Assembly (NCBI GenBank): GCA_037444775.1
Contig: JBBILU010000006.1
Span: forward strand, 8,899-72,898
Origin: Candidatus Altimarinota bacterium
GTDB lineage: Bacteria > Patescibacteriota > Gracilibacteria > BD1-5 > UBA6164
Direction: 5' to 3'
Length of the DNA: 64,000 bases
Positions 26,518 to 38,848 of this stretch are shown in pieces. The notes under the pieces are model-generated. The model was given only the letters and a program-made list of their open reading frames with translations, was not told the DNA's origin and ran no database searches. How positions within the stretch are numbered: the stretch's first letter is position 1; each line of letters starts with the position of its first letter. The translations under genes were made by a program, and so were the position numbers.

Positions 26518-26818
26518 AAACAAGAAAAACTTTTTAAAAGCTACTTGAAATACTTAAAGTAGCTTTTCATTTTTGGGCAGAAATCTATATCGACAAGTTG
26601 AGAAAAATCAAATAAGAAAAAACTAAAAAAATTCCCTTTTTTCCTAAAACTTACATCACTTTCCAAAGGCATAATTTCCCAAATTAAAATATTTTTAAAA
26701 TTTAGAAAATCTTTTGGAAAAAAATTTTATTTACTTATAATTTAAATAACAATTAATATTTATTTGTAAAATTAAATATTATTAATTGTCATTTTTTTAC
26801 TAAATATCCGTTTATATA

Positions 26819-27370
26819 ATGAGTGATTTAGAATTAATAATGAAATACAAAAAATGAAATAATGAATCTTTTTCTGTTTTGTATAATAAATATATTGATT
26901 TGATTTATAAATTTGTGTATTTAAAAGTTTGAAATAGAGAAGAAGCTGAAGATATAACTAGTGAAATTTTTATAAAAATTTTTAACTCTATTATGACTTT
27001 TTCGGCTGAAAATGAAAATTCATTTAAATCGTGGATTTACAAAATAGCTTATAATAAAGTAATTGATTATTATAAGCAAAAAAAAGAAAAAGTTTCTTTT
27101 GATGAATCTTTTGAAATTTGAATTATAGAAGATTTTGCAAAAAATTTTGATGATAAACAAAAACTTCAAGATATTATAAATTTTTTAAAAACAATAAAAA
27201 AAGAACAAGCAGAAATAATATTTATGAGAATTTGGTATGATTTAAGTTATTCTGAGATATCTCATATTACATGAAAAACAGAAGATAATTGCAAAAAAAT
27301 TGTTAGTAGAACATTAAAAAAAATAGTATGAGAATTATGAACTTTAATTTTAATTTTTTCACTTATTTAA
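26819..27370 (+). CDS. ECF-type RNA polymerase sigma-70 factor
   Basis: Region 2 (...EEAEDITSEIFIKIF...FKSWIYKIAYNKVIDYY) and region 4 (...EQAEIIFMRIWYDLSYSEISHITGKTEDNCKKIVSR). 183 aa. Confidence 0.85.
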
Positions 27371-27374
27371 AAAA

Positions 27375-28253
27375 ATGAATAACAAAATAGAAAGCATAAT
27401 CTTAGAAGTTTCTGAAAGCATTGACAATAAGGAAAAACTAAAAAATACATTAGAAATTTTGGATAAAATAAATCCAGAAATAAAAGCACCAGAAAAACTC
27501 AAAGATAAATTAGAAAGTAGGATTATTTCTATGGCTGAATATAAAAGACCAAATTTTTTAAAATCTAATTTCGGAATTTTAAAAATATTTTCTGGCTCTA
27601 TAGCTTTTTGTTTTTCTATCTTTTTTCTTTATTTACTTTTTTGAAATAATACTTTTAATAAACCATTTTTAGATGAAGTTCCTCAAACACAAATACAAGA
27701 AAGTATTATTCCAATTGAAGCTATTTCAGAAGGAAAAAAACCTATGTGAATTATTTTTGATGAAAAATCTATTTTAGAAAAACAAGAATTTTCTAAAGAA
27801 TTAGAAAAAGTAAATAACGAAGCAAATAAAAAAACTAAAAAAGAAAGTTCAGAAAGTAATGAAAAAGAACCTGAAATATCAAAAAAGTCACCATATTCAG
27901 TTAATGAAAAAAATACTTACTATGAAGAAAATAATGATGAAGATGAAGAAGAAGAAAGTTTTTTAGTTCCAGATGAAGAAGTTTCTAGTGATGAAAATAT
28001 ACAAACAGAAAATTCAGAAACACTTCCAATGTTAAAGATGTCTCCTTTATTAGACCAAAATAATTCTTCTTCTGAAAAAGAAGCAGATAAACTAGAGCCA
28101 ATTCAAACTGAAATTTTATCTATTCAAGAAAAAACATTTGAAGAATTCACAAACTTTTGTAATGGAAATTGATGAAAAATGAATTGAAATATTTGTACTT
28201 ATTCAAATAAAAGTTGTAGTTTTTCTGGATTTAAAAATAATTCTTGTGAATAA
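27375..28253 (+). CDS. Putative anti-sigma / membrane protein, acidic, with Cys-rich C-terminus
   Basis: Starts 4 nt after the sigma gene. Single TM (FGILKIFSGSIAFCFSIFFLYLLF), long acidic region, C-terminal CNGNGGKMNGNICTYSNKSCSFSGFKNNSCE. 292 aa. Confidence 0.5.
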
Positions 28254-28496
28254 AAAAAATTGTTTAAAAAATTTTTTGTTTTAACAATAAAACATTTCAC
28301 ATTGTTAAATCTATTATTTTCAAAGATATAGCAAAAGAAATTGTAGTAAAATTCAAAAAATAATGTGTATGTTCCGTGTAGATGTTTTTATAATCATCTA
28401 AAAACATTTTTTTTTGCAAAAAAGTTTTATAAGCTAATTTTAGATTTATTTTTTAATATATTTGTATTTGGAAAAAATAAAATTTTCAAAAAAGCA

Positions 28497-28537
28497 CAAA
28501 AAAAACACCTTGAAAAATATTTTTCAAGGTGTTTTTT
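28497..28537. terminator. Bidirectional hairpin terminator
   Basis: aaaaaacaccttgaaaaata / tatttttcaaggtgtttttt. Confidence 0.7.
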
Positions 28538-28873
28538 ATCTAAAATATGCTTCTATATATGAAAAAGCTGGAGTATATGTACTACTCCTGTTCATGTTCT
28601 TTGAACTGGAATATTGTCATTTGTTAACAAAACTCAAAGTTTATGTCATTTTGTAATAACATTTATTTCATCTGCTTGTGTTTTTTCTAATAGGCTACTT
28701 CTCTCTTCTAAGGAAAGATTGAGTGAAGTATTATTTGGAGTATTCATTGCAACTTCTCCCTCAACAAAAGACAATAACTCGTATCTTGTTAAATCTTTAT
28801 TTACTGTGTAAGTATAATTTTGTTTATCAACTGGATCAACTAAATCTCAAATCACTCAGATCTTTTTTCACAT
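28535..28873 (-). CDS. Hypothetical protein with a pilin-like C-terminal segment, possibly a 5'-truncated remnant
   Basis: 112 aa from the first in-frame ATG. ...DLVDPVDKQNYTYTVNKDLTRYELLSFVEGE resembles the globular part of type IV pilin-like proteins, but no N-terminal hydrophobic helix is present. The frame stays open upstream through the 80-bp repeat. Confidence 0.3.
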
Positions 28874-28952
28874 TTCTATCGTCCCGTTTCAAATCCGACC
28901 AGTTTTATTAGATTCAAAACTTGGACTTAAAAACTCATAAAATTGTTCTAAA
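28873..28952. repeat. 80-bp direct repeat, copy A
   Basis: 77/80 identical to 54070-54149 in the same orientation. Confidence 0.9.
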
Positions 28953-28998
28953 TAATTATAGGAAATGAGTTTAGAGCATCATAAGCTCCAAAATATTT

Positions 28999-29087
28999 TG
29001 GCGGAAAGGAAGGGATTTGAACCCTCGGTGCATTGCTACACACACGATTTCCAATCGTGCTCCTTAAACCACTCGAGACACCTTTCC
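28999..29087 (-). tRNA. tRNA-Ser(GGA)
   Basis: GGAAAGG/CCTTTCC acceptor, anticodon arm CACGA-TTGGAAA-TCGTG, long variable arm, canonical GGTTCAAATCC T arm, G73, encoded CCA. Confidence 0.9.
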
Positions 29088-29108
29088 ATAAAAGTTTTTT
29101 TATAATTT

Positions 29109-29138
29109 TGTAGAGATGTTGTATTCAACATCTCTACA
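29109..29138. repeat. Hairpin family C (GTAGAGATGTT stem), intergenic copy
   Basis: tgtagagatgttg-tattc-aacatctctaca. The same stem recurs at 62642-62672. Confidence 0.7.
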
Positions 29139-29148
29139 TTTGTGTTTT

Positions 29149-29179
29149 CGCTCTCCTCTAAGGAGAGAGTAGAGTAAGG
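29149..29179. repeat. Family A palindromic element, intergenic
   Basis: cgctctcctctaaggagagagtagagtaagg. Confidence 0.7.
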
Positions 29180-29201
29180 TCTTAATATTAAAAGTGAGGT
29201 A

Positions 29202-30635
29202 CTATAATATATCTTTTACACTAATTATTTCCATAACTGGAATTTCTTTATCTCATCTTTGAATATCATTAATTGCAATTAATTTATCTGTATAATTCAA
29301 TAAACCTTTTTTATTCAAAAATTTTATAGCATCTTCCAAAGTTTTGGTATAATTCTTTGAATCCCAAGATTCTAAATAAATCGGTTCTATTCAAAAAAAT
29401 GAATTGCAAATAGATACTGTTTTTTGGCTATTTGTAAATGCATATGTTTTTATTTCTGGTCTAAAAGCTGATGCAAGTCTAGCAAGTAATCAAGATTTTG
29501 TTAAAACTATAACAGCTTTTGCTCAAAGTTCTTCTCAAATAAAAATTCAACTTCTAATTAATAATTTTTTTTCTATATCTCTCTCATTTAATCAAGTAGC
29601 AACAAAACTAAAATGATCATATTTCATATTTTTTTCTGCTTCTTCTATAAGAGAAGTCATCATTTTTACACTTTCAACTGGAAATTTTCAAATTGCAGTT
29701 TCTCAAGAAAGCATTAGACAATCTGGTTTTTGAAGAGTTGCATTATAAACATCTGAACTTTCTGCTCTAGTAGGAAAAGGATTTTCTATCATTGTTTCAA
29801 GTAAGTGAGTTGCAACAACAACAATTTTCCCATTTTCTTTACATTTATCAACCATTTGTTTTTGATAAACAGCTAGTTTTTGAATCGGAACTTCTATTCA
29901 TAAATCTCATCTAGCTACCATAACTCAATCGGAAGCCATAATTATTTCATCTAAATTATCTATTGCTTCTTCATTTTCTACTTTTGAAATAATCTTTATA
30001 TTTTCTCATCAATTTGAATTTAATAAATTTCTCATTTCTTCTACATTTCAAGCATTTCTGATAAAAGAAGCTGCAATAAAAGAAAATCAATTTTTTATTC
30101 ACCATAAAATATCTTCTCTATCTTTTTCTGTAACTCAAGGAAGTCTCAATCTAACTCAAGGTAAATTTATATGTCTTCTTGATCAAATTAATGCTGAATT
30201 CAAAGCTTTTACTAAAACATAATCATCATATTTTTCAAGAACTTCTACATTTAAAAGTCCAGAGTCTAAAATTATATTTTTACCAATTTGAATATCTTCA
30301 GCCAAAAACGGATAATCACAAAATAAACTTCTTTCTCATTCTAAAGCTTCAAAATTAGAATAAATTTTAAAAATTTCTCAAGTTTCAAAATTTATTTTTT
30401 CTTTCACATCTCAAGTTCTAATTTCTGGTCATTTTGTATCTAAAAGTAAACTTAAATTTGTTAATCAAGCTGAATTTAATTCTTTTATTAAATTAGCTGT
30501 TTTCAAAGAATCCTCATGATTTGCATGAGAAAAATTAAATCTAATAATATTTACTCAAGCTTTGTACAAATCTATTAATTTTTCTCTAGAATTTGTAACT
30601 GGTCATAATGTAGCAATAATTTTAGTTCTCTTCAT
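29202..30635 (-). CDS. pyk: Pyruvate kinase
   Basis: MKRTKIIATLGP...NIIRFNFSHA...LLDTKGPEIRTG...MVARGDLGIEVP...MLSGETAIGKFP. 477 aa. Confidence 0.95.
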
Positions 30636-30667
30636 AAAATATGGTTATTAATACAAATATAGTCTAA

Positions 30668-33600
30668 TTAATTTTCTGCTCAACTTCAAGAATTAATTCA
30701 AGAATTATCAAGAATTTCTAAGCTAACACTAGATTTTGAAGAATTTCAATTAATATCTATAGCTTCAACAACTATCGGATAAGTTCAAGCTCAAAGTCAA
30801 TTAGTATTAACAGAAACCGTAAATTTTCTTGTTTTTATTCAAGATTGTAAAACTTTTCAATCAAGATAAACTGATAAACTTTTTAATGGACTTGAATCAG
30901 TAACTTCTCATCTCAAATTAAAATATTGTCATCCATTAAGTCTTATAACTCATCTTGCTGGATTTGTAATAGTAATTTGTGGTCAAGATAAATCTTTTCA
31001 TCATATAGAAACTGTTTTTGTTATAGTTTTTGAATAAAATCCATTATCAATAACTTTTGCTTCTAAAATTTTAGAACCTTCAAATCAAGCTGGAACAGTA
31101 AAAGTTCATCTATAACCTCATTCCAATTTTCAAGGCAAAGAATAATTTCAAACGACATTTCAATCTAATGTTAAAACTATTTTTGTAACAGGTTTTTCAC
31201 TTCTATATGCTAATTCTACATAATTTGTTCATTCCACTAAAGATCAGATATTCATTCATAATTGCATTTTTGAAGGAAATTCTCATCTTTCACAAGGCTC
31301 ATTACTAAATGCAAGTCAAGGAGAAATTGCTCTTACAGGATCCTCCCAAGCTGGATCATTTGGTCTAAGAGAGTGGTAAACTACTCAAAAAACATTTTTT
31401 ATAGCATCTGGTGGAGTTTGGTCTGTTACCTTTCAGTTACATAAAACATCAACTTGCACAGAAATATAACTATTATCATAATCTTTTGGAGCATTTATGA
31501 AATTTCCAATAACAATATCTTCCTCTGGAGTTTTTGATGTTGGAAGTTTTCATGAATTTTTAGATATTGCTACCTGCTTAATACTTCAGGGTCGATTCCA
31601 ATCTTCTACCTTTAAATTTCTATGAGCATAATTCATTATATCTCTCCAAATTGGTCAAGCTGTCATTAATCAATCTCAATTCATACTAACTTCTTGTCAA
31701 TTTGTATTTCAAGCCCAAACCACAGTTGTAAGTTGAGGAGTATAACCTGCTGTCCAAAGATTTTGTGGAAAAATATATTTTGTTCAATTTTTTGTATATT
31801 GTTTTGTTGAAGTTCAAGTTTTTGCTGCTACCTTTCTTCATTTCAAAGTCAAATAATTATTCCAAATTGATGGTCTTGCTGATGTATTTGATAAAATTTC
31901 TGTAATTAAATATGCAGTTCAAGAACTAACTACTTCTTTTGATAATTCTCTTGAAGATTCTTCAATAATATTTCATTTAGCATCATAAATTTTTAGAATT
32001 GGTGTAATTGTTTTTTCTTTTCATAAATTTGCCAACCTAGAATAAGCTGTCGCAAGTTCTAATGGAGTTAATTCAGATGTTCATAAAGCCATAGAAGGTC
32101 AATAAGTCCGTTCTTTATTATATTTCTCTTTATAATCTTTTTTGAATTTATTAGGAGATTTTATTCATAATTTGGAAATAAAATCCAAAATAATATTTTC
32201 TCATCAAGCTAAATAAAACATTTTAATTGCTGGAATATTTCTAGAATGACCTAAAGATGTTTCTAAAGTCATTTTATTCATAAACTCTCCATCAAAGTTT
32301 TTTGGTTCATATCATCATGGAAATTTTGTTTTAACATCAAAAATTGGAGTTTTTGGTCAAATTTCATTTTTTTCCATTGCAAGAGCATAAACAAAAGGTT
32401 TGAAGGAACTTCAAGGTTGAAGCATTGAAGTTATAATATTATTTTCTCAAGAAATTTCTTTATTATAATAATTTCTTGATCAAACCATAGAAATTATTTC
32501 TCAAGTTTTGTTATCAATTGTTATACTTGCAGCATTATTTGCTTTCACATTTTTTGCATTTTTATCTGCATAAGTAGTAACTATTTCTTGAGCTTTGTCT
32601 TGTAATTCTGGATCTAGAGTTGTAACAATTTTAAATCACTTATTTTCTAAAACATCTTTTCAATATTTTTCTTCTAGATAATCTTTTACATAAAATACAA
32701 AGTGTGGGTATTTTATTTTTTCCTTATTTTCTTTGAATTTATAAACAAGTCCATCAAGTAAAGATTTTTTATATTCATCAAAATTAATATATTTATCTTC
32801 TAACATTCTTCATAAGATAAAATCTTTTCTTCAAACTTGATATCCTATATAATTATCTCAAACTTCAATTCTGACATTATTTAAAACTTCCATCAAATCT
32901 GAATAGGCCAAAACAACACATCAAGAAGAATCTGTTTTTACAAATCATTTGAAATTACTAGTTTTTAATCAACATAAAAGCAAATTTCAATCATCTAAAG
33001 GTTTTCATTTGAAATCAGAAACTACACTTTTAAAAATTTCAAATTCTTTTTTATTATCTATAACATCTTTTTCTGATAAAATTTTCTGAGAAACATATCA
33101 ATCAGAAGAAGTTTTTAATTTAGGATAAACATAAGAATATCACATTAATCTATCTGAATGTGAATATGGAGAATAATAAGTTGGTCATTTAGGCAATGAA
33201 GCCAAAATACTGGATTCCAAAATATCTAAATATTTTGCTTTTTTTCAAAAAAAAGTCTGAGCTGCTTGTTCTATTCAATAAGCATTTCATCAAAAAGCTA
33301 TTTTATTTAAATATAATTCTAAAATATCATTTTTACTAAAAACTTTATTTAATTTATAAGACAGATAAATTTCTTTTACTTTTCTTTCAATTTTTCTATC
33401 ATCATTAAGTAAAGTATTTTTTATTAATTGTTGGCTAATTGTAGATGTTCATCCTACTTTTTCTCAAGAAGTTATTCAAATTAATCAAGCTCTTACAAGT
33501 CAAATAAAATCAAATCATGGATTTGTCCAAAATCTTTTATCCTCTCAAGCAACAATTGCATTAATCATATTTTTATTTATATCAGAAAAACCTATATAAG

Positions 33601-33877
33601 TTCTTTTTTCCTTATAAATATTATACAAAATATTTCATTTTCTATCATAAATAGTTGAAGTTTGAGCTAAATCATTTTCCATATTTTTTAGCTCTGTTAT
33701 TGGAGGAAGTGGTCTTATGTATTTTTGATACAATAAAAACCCTCAAAGTATCATAGCAATTCATCAAAAAATTAATATATAAAACAAAAACTTAAGTAAT
33801 ATTTTAGAAAAATTACTTGAAGTTGGTGCTGTTTTTCTTGAAAAATTCCCAGTTTTTCTATTTCTATATTCAACCAT
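30668..33877 (-). CDS. Class A penicillin-binding protein (glycosyltransferase + transpeptidase) with long C-terminal extension
   Basis: EDKRFW, GGTSTISQQ, RKVKE (GT51 domain); SSFKP, SRN, KTGT (transpeptidase). About 300 extra C-terminal residues with repeated beta-rich segments. 1069 aa. Confidence 0.9.
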
Positions 33878-33889
33878 AAAATTATTTTA

Positions 33890-35260
33890 TTAATAAATTA
33901 TTTCTATTTTTGTATTAGGATCACTAGCATACTTAGGAACCAACACTTGTTCTATATTTTCAGTAGACAAATATTCTTTCAAAAATCTTACCGTTTCAGA
34001 ATTCAAAGCCTCAGAATTAAAAATTATTTTTCTTGAAGTTTCTAATTCTGATTTTTTTCATATTTTTTCACTCGTATTTATTTCAAGACCAAATCTTTTT
34101 AAACTATCTTTTAATTCGGAAGCAATGATTTTATCTTCTTTATTAGAAAAAATACTTATTTTTAATTTTTCTTCAAATAATTCTGGAGCATAAAAAATTA
34201 TTTTGGAATAATTTTTTATATCATCATAATAAGAAATTTTTCATTTCAAAGCTCAAATTGGTAAAACCACACTTGAACCAAAAATATTTCTTTGTGGAAA
34301 ATACATAAATCATCATTTATCACAAACTCATAACTCACAACTTGTATTTAATCAAGATGAATAAACCTTTAAATCTCAGAGCATTTTTAGCTCTGTAGCT
34401 AACTTTATCATAGTAAAAGAATCCATATCTGTTTTCACATAAGAAACAAAAAAATCATATAAAGATTTAATTTTTACTGGACTTGTTAAATATCATTCTG
34501 TTATAATTTTGTCTTTTATTGCTGAAATAATTTGTTGCTGTCTCTCACTTCTCGCAAAGTCTCAACCTGTATTTTTTCTACTTCTAACATATTTCAAAGC
34601 AACCTCTCAATCCAAAACCCAAGTTCAAGCTCTCAAAATAAAAGTAGTGTATCCGTGATTATTATCAGGATACTCATTATCTACAAGATTTTTTGGAACT
34701 GTAATTTTCACTCATCATAAATAATCTATCAATTTTATAAAACCTTCAAAATCGATATTTACATAATAATCTATATTTTCTCAAGTTATTTCTGTAACTT
34801 TTGATTCTAATCTTTGCATTGCTATTTTCTCATCTTTATATTTTCACAAATATTCAGCATACATTCAATTTATTTTTCATTCTCAAATATTTTCTCAATA
34901 ATCAACATAAAAATCTCTAGGTAAAGATAGCATAGAAATATATTTTTTTTTCTTATTTATTGAAGCTAATATTATACTATCTGTAAGATTTGGTGCATCA
35001 TTTATATCTCATCACCTTCAAACAATCAATATATTTATATTTTTGTTTTCCTCTTCTAAAGAACCTGAAGAGTTTCAAGTAATAACTTTTCAAAAATAAG
35101 TTTCTTTGAAATTTTTATGCAAGTTAAAATTCATTCAACTAACTTTGACTAAAGTGAAAATTCCAAAAATAAAAATAAATAAAATAGATATTATTCACAA
35201 TATATTCATTATATTATCTTTTTTTTCTTTGATTTCTTTTAAATTTTTTTTCTTAAACAT
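33890..35260 (-). CDS. LytR-CpsA-Psr (LCP) family protein
   Basis: N-terminal TM, ...NILIVGRGGDINDAPNLTDSIILASINKKKKYISMLSLPRDFYV..., ALKYVRSRK...GDFARSERQQQII. 456 aa. Ends 13 nt upstream of the PBP gene start. Confidence 0.85.
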
Positions 35261-35397
35261 TTACTGCTAATTTTTAAGTTTTTAAAAATACGGTCGGATT
35301 TTATTCATAAATCTTTTTTTTACAAAAAAAAATTGCAAAAAAAACTTAAAAACATAATATTAGTTATATTTTATTATTTAATTAACAAAGAAATATG

Positions 35398-35970
35398 TTT
35401 GAATTACCAAATCTACCTTATGAGAAAGATGCATTAGAACCTTATATTTCTAAAGAAACTTTAGAATTCCACCACGACAAGCATCACAATACTTATGTTA
35501 CTAATTTAAATAAATTAATTGTTTGAACAGAATTTGAAGACAAAAGTTTAGAAGAAATTATAAAAAATTCTAGATGATGAATTTTTAATAATTCGGCACA
35601 AGTTTGGAATCATACTTTTTATTTCAACTGTTTGACTCCAAATTCTAGTAAAACTCCAAATTGAATCTTACTAGAAGAAATAAATAAATATTTTGGAAAT
35701 TTTGAGAAATTTAAAGAAGAATTCTCTATTACTGCTGTAAGTAATTTTGGCTCAGGTTGGACTTGGCTTGTAAAAACTCCAGAATGAAGTTTAAAAATAG
35801 TTTCTACTTCTAATGCAGAAACTCCGTTAACAACAGAAAATAAAGCATTATTAACAGTTGATGTTTGGGAACATGCTTATTATATAGATTATAGAAATCT
35901 TAGACCAAAATATTTAGAAAATTTCTGGAATTTAGTAAACTGGGATTTTGTGGAAGAAAATATGAAATAA
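35398..35970 (+). CDS. Fe/Mn superoxide dismutase
   Basis: [26 protein letters not shown]...[13 protein letters not shown]...[11 protein letters not shown]. In-frame start is TTG 35398; the nearby ATG 35394 is out of frame. 190 aa. Confidence 0.9.
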
Positions 35971-36092
35971 AAAGTTTAATTTTTTTTAAAAAAATTATCA
36001 GTTATACCAAATAATTTAAACTAAAATAATATTTGCTTTTATTAAAAATAAATTATATAATTATAAAAAATGTATCTTTATTTTTTAATCTT

Positions 36093-36983
36093 ATGAAGCA
36101 ATTTTTTAAAAACATAAAAGAATTATTTTCTTATGATAAAAGAAAATTTGAAAATATACTTGAAGATCCAAATAATAAGTTCTGAAATTTTTTTAATGGT
36201 TTTATAATTTTATTGATTATTTTTTCAGTATTTATTCTTATACTAGAAAGTTTCAAATGACTTTGACCATTAATTAGATATGAGCTGTATATTGCTGATT
36301 TTTTTATATCATTTGTTTTTTGAATAGAATATTTATATCGTTTGTTCAGAGCAAAAAATAAAGTGTCTTTTGTAAAAGATATTTTAAATATAATAGATTT
36401 ATTGGCTTTTGTTTTATTTTTTCTAGTAATTGCATTTTTTTGAGTTGATTTCAGTATAAATAGTGTTTACATGGCTTCTATAAGACTAATAAGAATTTTT
36501 AGAATTCTTAAACTAGCAAAACATATTCCTGTTATGAGTTGATTTCTAAAAGCTTTGAAAGACTATAAAAATGAATATAAATGAATATTTATAACACTTT
36601 TTATTATTTTAACTGTTGTTTCTATATTAATTTTTGAAGTGGAAAATAAAGCAAATCCAATAATGTTTTCTTCAATTCCTCAAGCATTTTGGTGGTCAAT
36701 CGTAACAATGACAACCGTATGATATTGAGATATTTATCCAATAACTGCTCTTTGAAAAATAATTTGATCTGTTTTAATTCTTCTTTGACCAATATTAATT
36801 GCTGTAGTTTCATCTGTTACAATCTTAGTTTTTATGGAAGTTGTTGAAAATCAAAAATTGAAATCTGATAAAATTATTTGAAAAACATGCTCTAGATGTA
36901 ATTCAAAAAACTTAAAAAGGGCAAATTATTGTATGGTTTGTGGGAAAAAATTTCCCGAAGTAATTTCAAAAGAAGTAAAATAA
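36093..36983 (+). CDS. Voltage-gated-type K+ channel with C-terminal zinc-ribbon-like tail
   Basis: S4-like SIRLIRIFRILKLAKH. Selectivity filter TMTTVGYGD, with both filter Gly encoded by TGA (36720-36722, 36726-36728). Tail CSRC...CMVC. 296 aa. Confidence 0.85.
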
Positions 36984-37078
36984 AGCACGTAGGTATAATC
37001 AAAAATGTTTTTATAAAAAATTTAGACAAATTTTATTACAAAAACATTTTTTTCAAAACTTTTTTATATTTTTTGTTT

Positions 37079-38842
37079 TTAAATCTCTCTAACCATATAT
37101 TCTCACTGCAAAATATATCATCTTTTTTCATAATATTGCCTAACTCAAACTCAAGAAATAACAGCTATTTTATTGAATCAAGCATTTTTAGCTATTTCTT
37201 CAGCTTTTGCAATAAGTTTTTTTCAAAAACCTATATGTTGACCAAAAGTTGAACCTTTTTCATTTATAGAAAGTTGGTCTCAAAAAGTATGAATTTCTCT
37301 AATCAAAGCTGCTCATTCTAACTCTGGAAAAATTTTTCCCTCACCCCCTAGCCCCCTCTCCTTTGGAGTAGAGGGGGAAATAGTATTCTGCGCCTTCTCC
37401 TCCAAAGGAGAAGGCTGGGATGAGGTGTCACTCGGCAATCTCAACCTTAACAAACTAAAAATAGTTCTATCAATTGGATCTTCAAAAGTCAAGAAAAATT
37501 CTTTTCAACCACTAGCTTCATATTCAAAAATATTTAAAACAGCATCACGAGGATTATTTTTTCAATCTTTGATTTCCCTATGACGAATATCAACAAGTTT
37601 TATTCATTCAGATTTCAACTTATCTTCAACAATTTGTCTAAGATTTGCCAAATGTGAACCTTCAAGAATTTCACTTGCTGGAATATCTCTATAAGTTCTG
37701 TTTATTCTAACATATTCAGGAATCATTGTTTCAAGTTTGCAAGTCAAATTTATTAATGTTTCATCATCATAAGCCTTAAATCATCAAGTTTTCCAAATTT
37801 CTGTTAATTCAGAATTATTTGTAACCATCATTGGATAAATTTTTAATTCATCAGGTCTGAAATCTGGATTTTCAAAAACTTCTTTCATAGATTTAATATC
37901 TAGTTCTGGATTAGAACCAAGCAAGTTTGGCATCATATGAGCAACAACTTTGAATCAAGCATTTTTCAACATTTTTGTTGCTTTAATACTTTCAGCATTT
38001 CAATGTCACCTTTTATTTAACTCATTTATTTCATCAATTGTAGTTTGATAACCAATTTCTACACGAGTTACTCAAAATCTTCTTAAATCTTTTATTTCTT
38101 CTTCATTAACCCAATCTGGACGAGTTTCAATTGCTATTCAAATAATTCTACATCTTGTAGTTTCATTTATTTTTTTTGCTTCTTCTAGAGAAGAACTCTC
38201 TTTCATTTTATAAGTTTCTTTTATTTTAAAACTTGCAAATTTATCATTTGAAAAATCTGTTTTTTCAATAAACTTACTCATTTCATCATAAGTATTAAAT
38301 GCATCATAAATTCATTTTATAAAACTTTCTTTATAGGATTTTGGATAAAAACTCCAAGTTCAACCAATAATTCTAACATCATTTTTTTCTATTTTGTGCC
38401 CTGTAATTTCCAAAGCTCTAAGTCTATTATGAATTTGCATTATCGGATCGAATTTATTTAATTCTGCTCTTTGTACTGCTGGTTCATTTGGAATATAACT
38501 TTTTGGTAATCCCTCAAAAGTTGGACAATAAACACATTTTCAAGGACAAGGAAAACTTTTTGTCAAAAGAGAAATCACAGTAACTCAAGACAAACTTCTA
38601 ACTCCTCTTTTTCTAAGAACTTTTGTCAAAACTAAATCCTCTTCTATTTCTCAATTATTTATCAAAAAATTATATCTTTCTATTAATTCTATACTAGAAA
38701 AAGGTTTTACTATTTTGTATTCTCCATAAATCTTGTTTTTTAGCTTATGAAAAACATCTTTAGTAAAAACTTTAGTATTAGATTTTATTTCATCATATGC
38801 ACTAAAAATTATTTTATCAATTATTTCATTTTTATTTATCAT
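37079..38842 (-). CDS. elp3: Elp3-like radical SAM / GNAT acetyltransferase
   Basis: CPGKCVYCP radical SAM cluster, IIGGTWSFY, VEIGYQTT, C-terminal GNAT (FGQHIGFGKKLIAKAEEIAK). 587 aa. A double palindromic element sits in frame before FPELEGAALIREIHTFG. Confidence 0.8.
37338..37427. repeat. Composite (two inverted units) family A element inside elp3
   Basis: ccctcaccccctagccccctctcctttggagtagaggggg-N13-cgccttctcctccaaaggagaaggctgggatgaggtg. Translated (minus strand) [31 protein letters not shown]. Confidence 0.9.
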
Positions 38843-38848
38843 TTTTTC

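Noticed and set aside
28953-29087. Extension of the pilin-like minus-strand ORF upstream through tRNA-Ser
   Set aside because: The frame is open only because the GC-rich tRNA lacks TAA/TAG. It has no start codon and overlaps a canonical tRNA gene.
36929-37252. Plus-strand ORF 36929..37252 and similar plus/minus overlaps (39393..39719, 44316..44585, 58336..58587, 58687..58902, 63014..63241)
   Set aside because: Each lies antisense to a strongly supported gene (elp3, ligA, eno, mazF-like, doc, histidine kinase). Each has low-complexity, Phe/Leu/Ile/Ser-rich composition typical of antisense AT-rich coding DNA.
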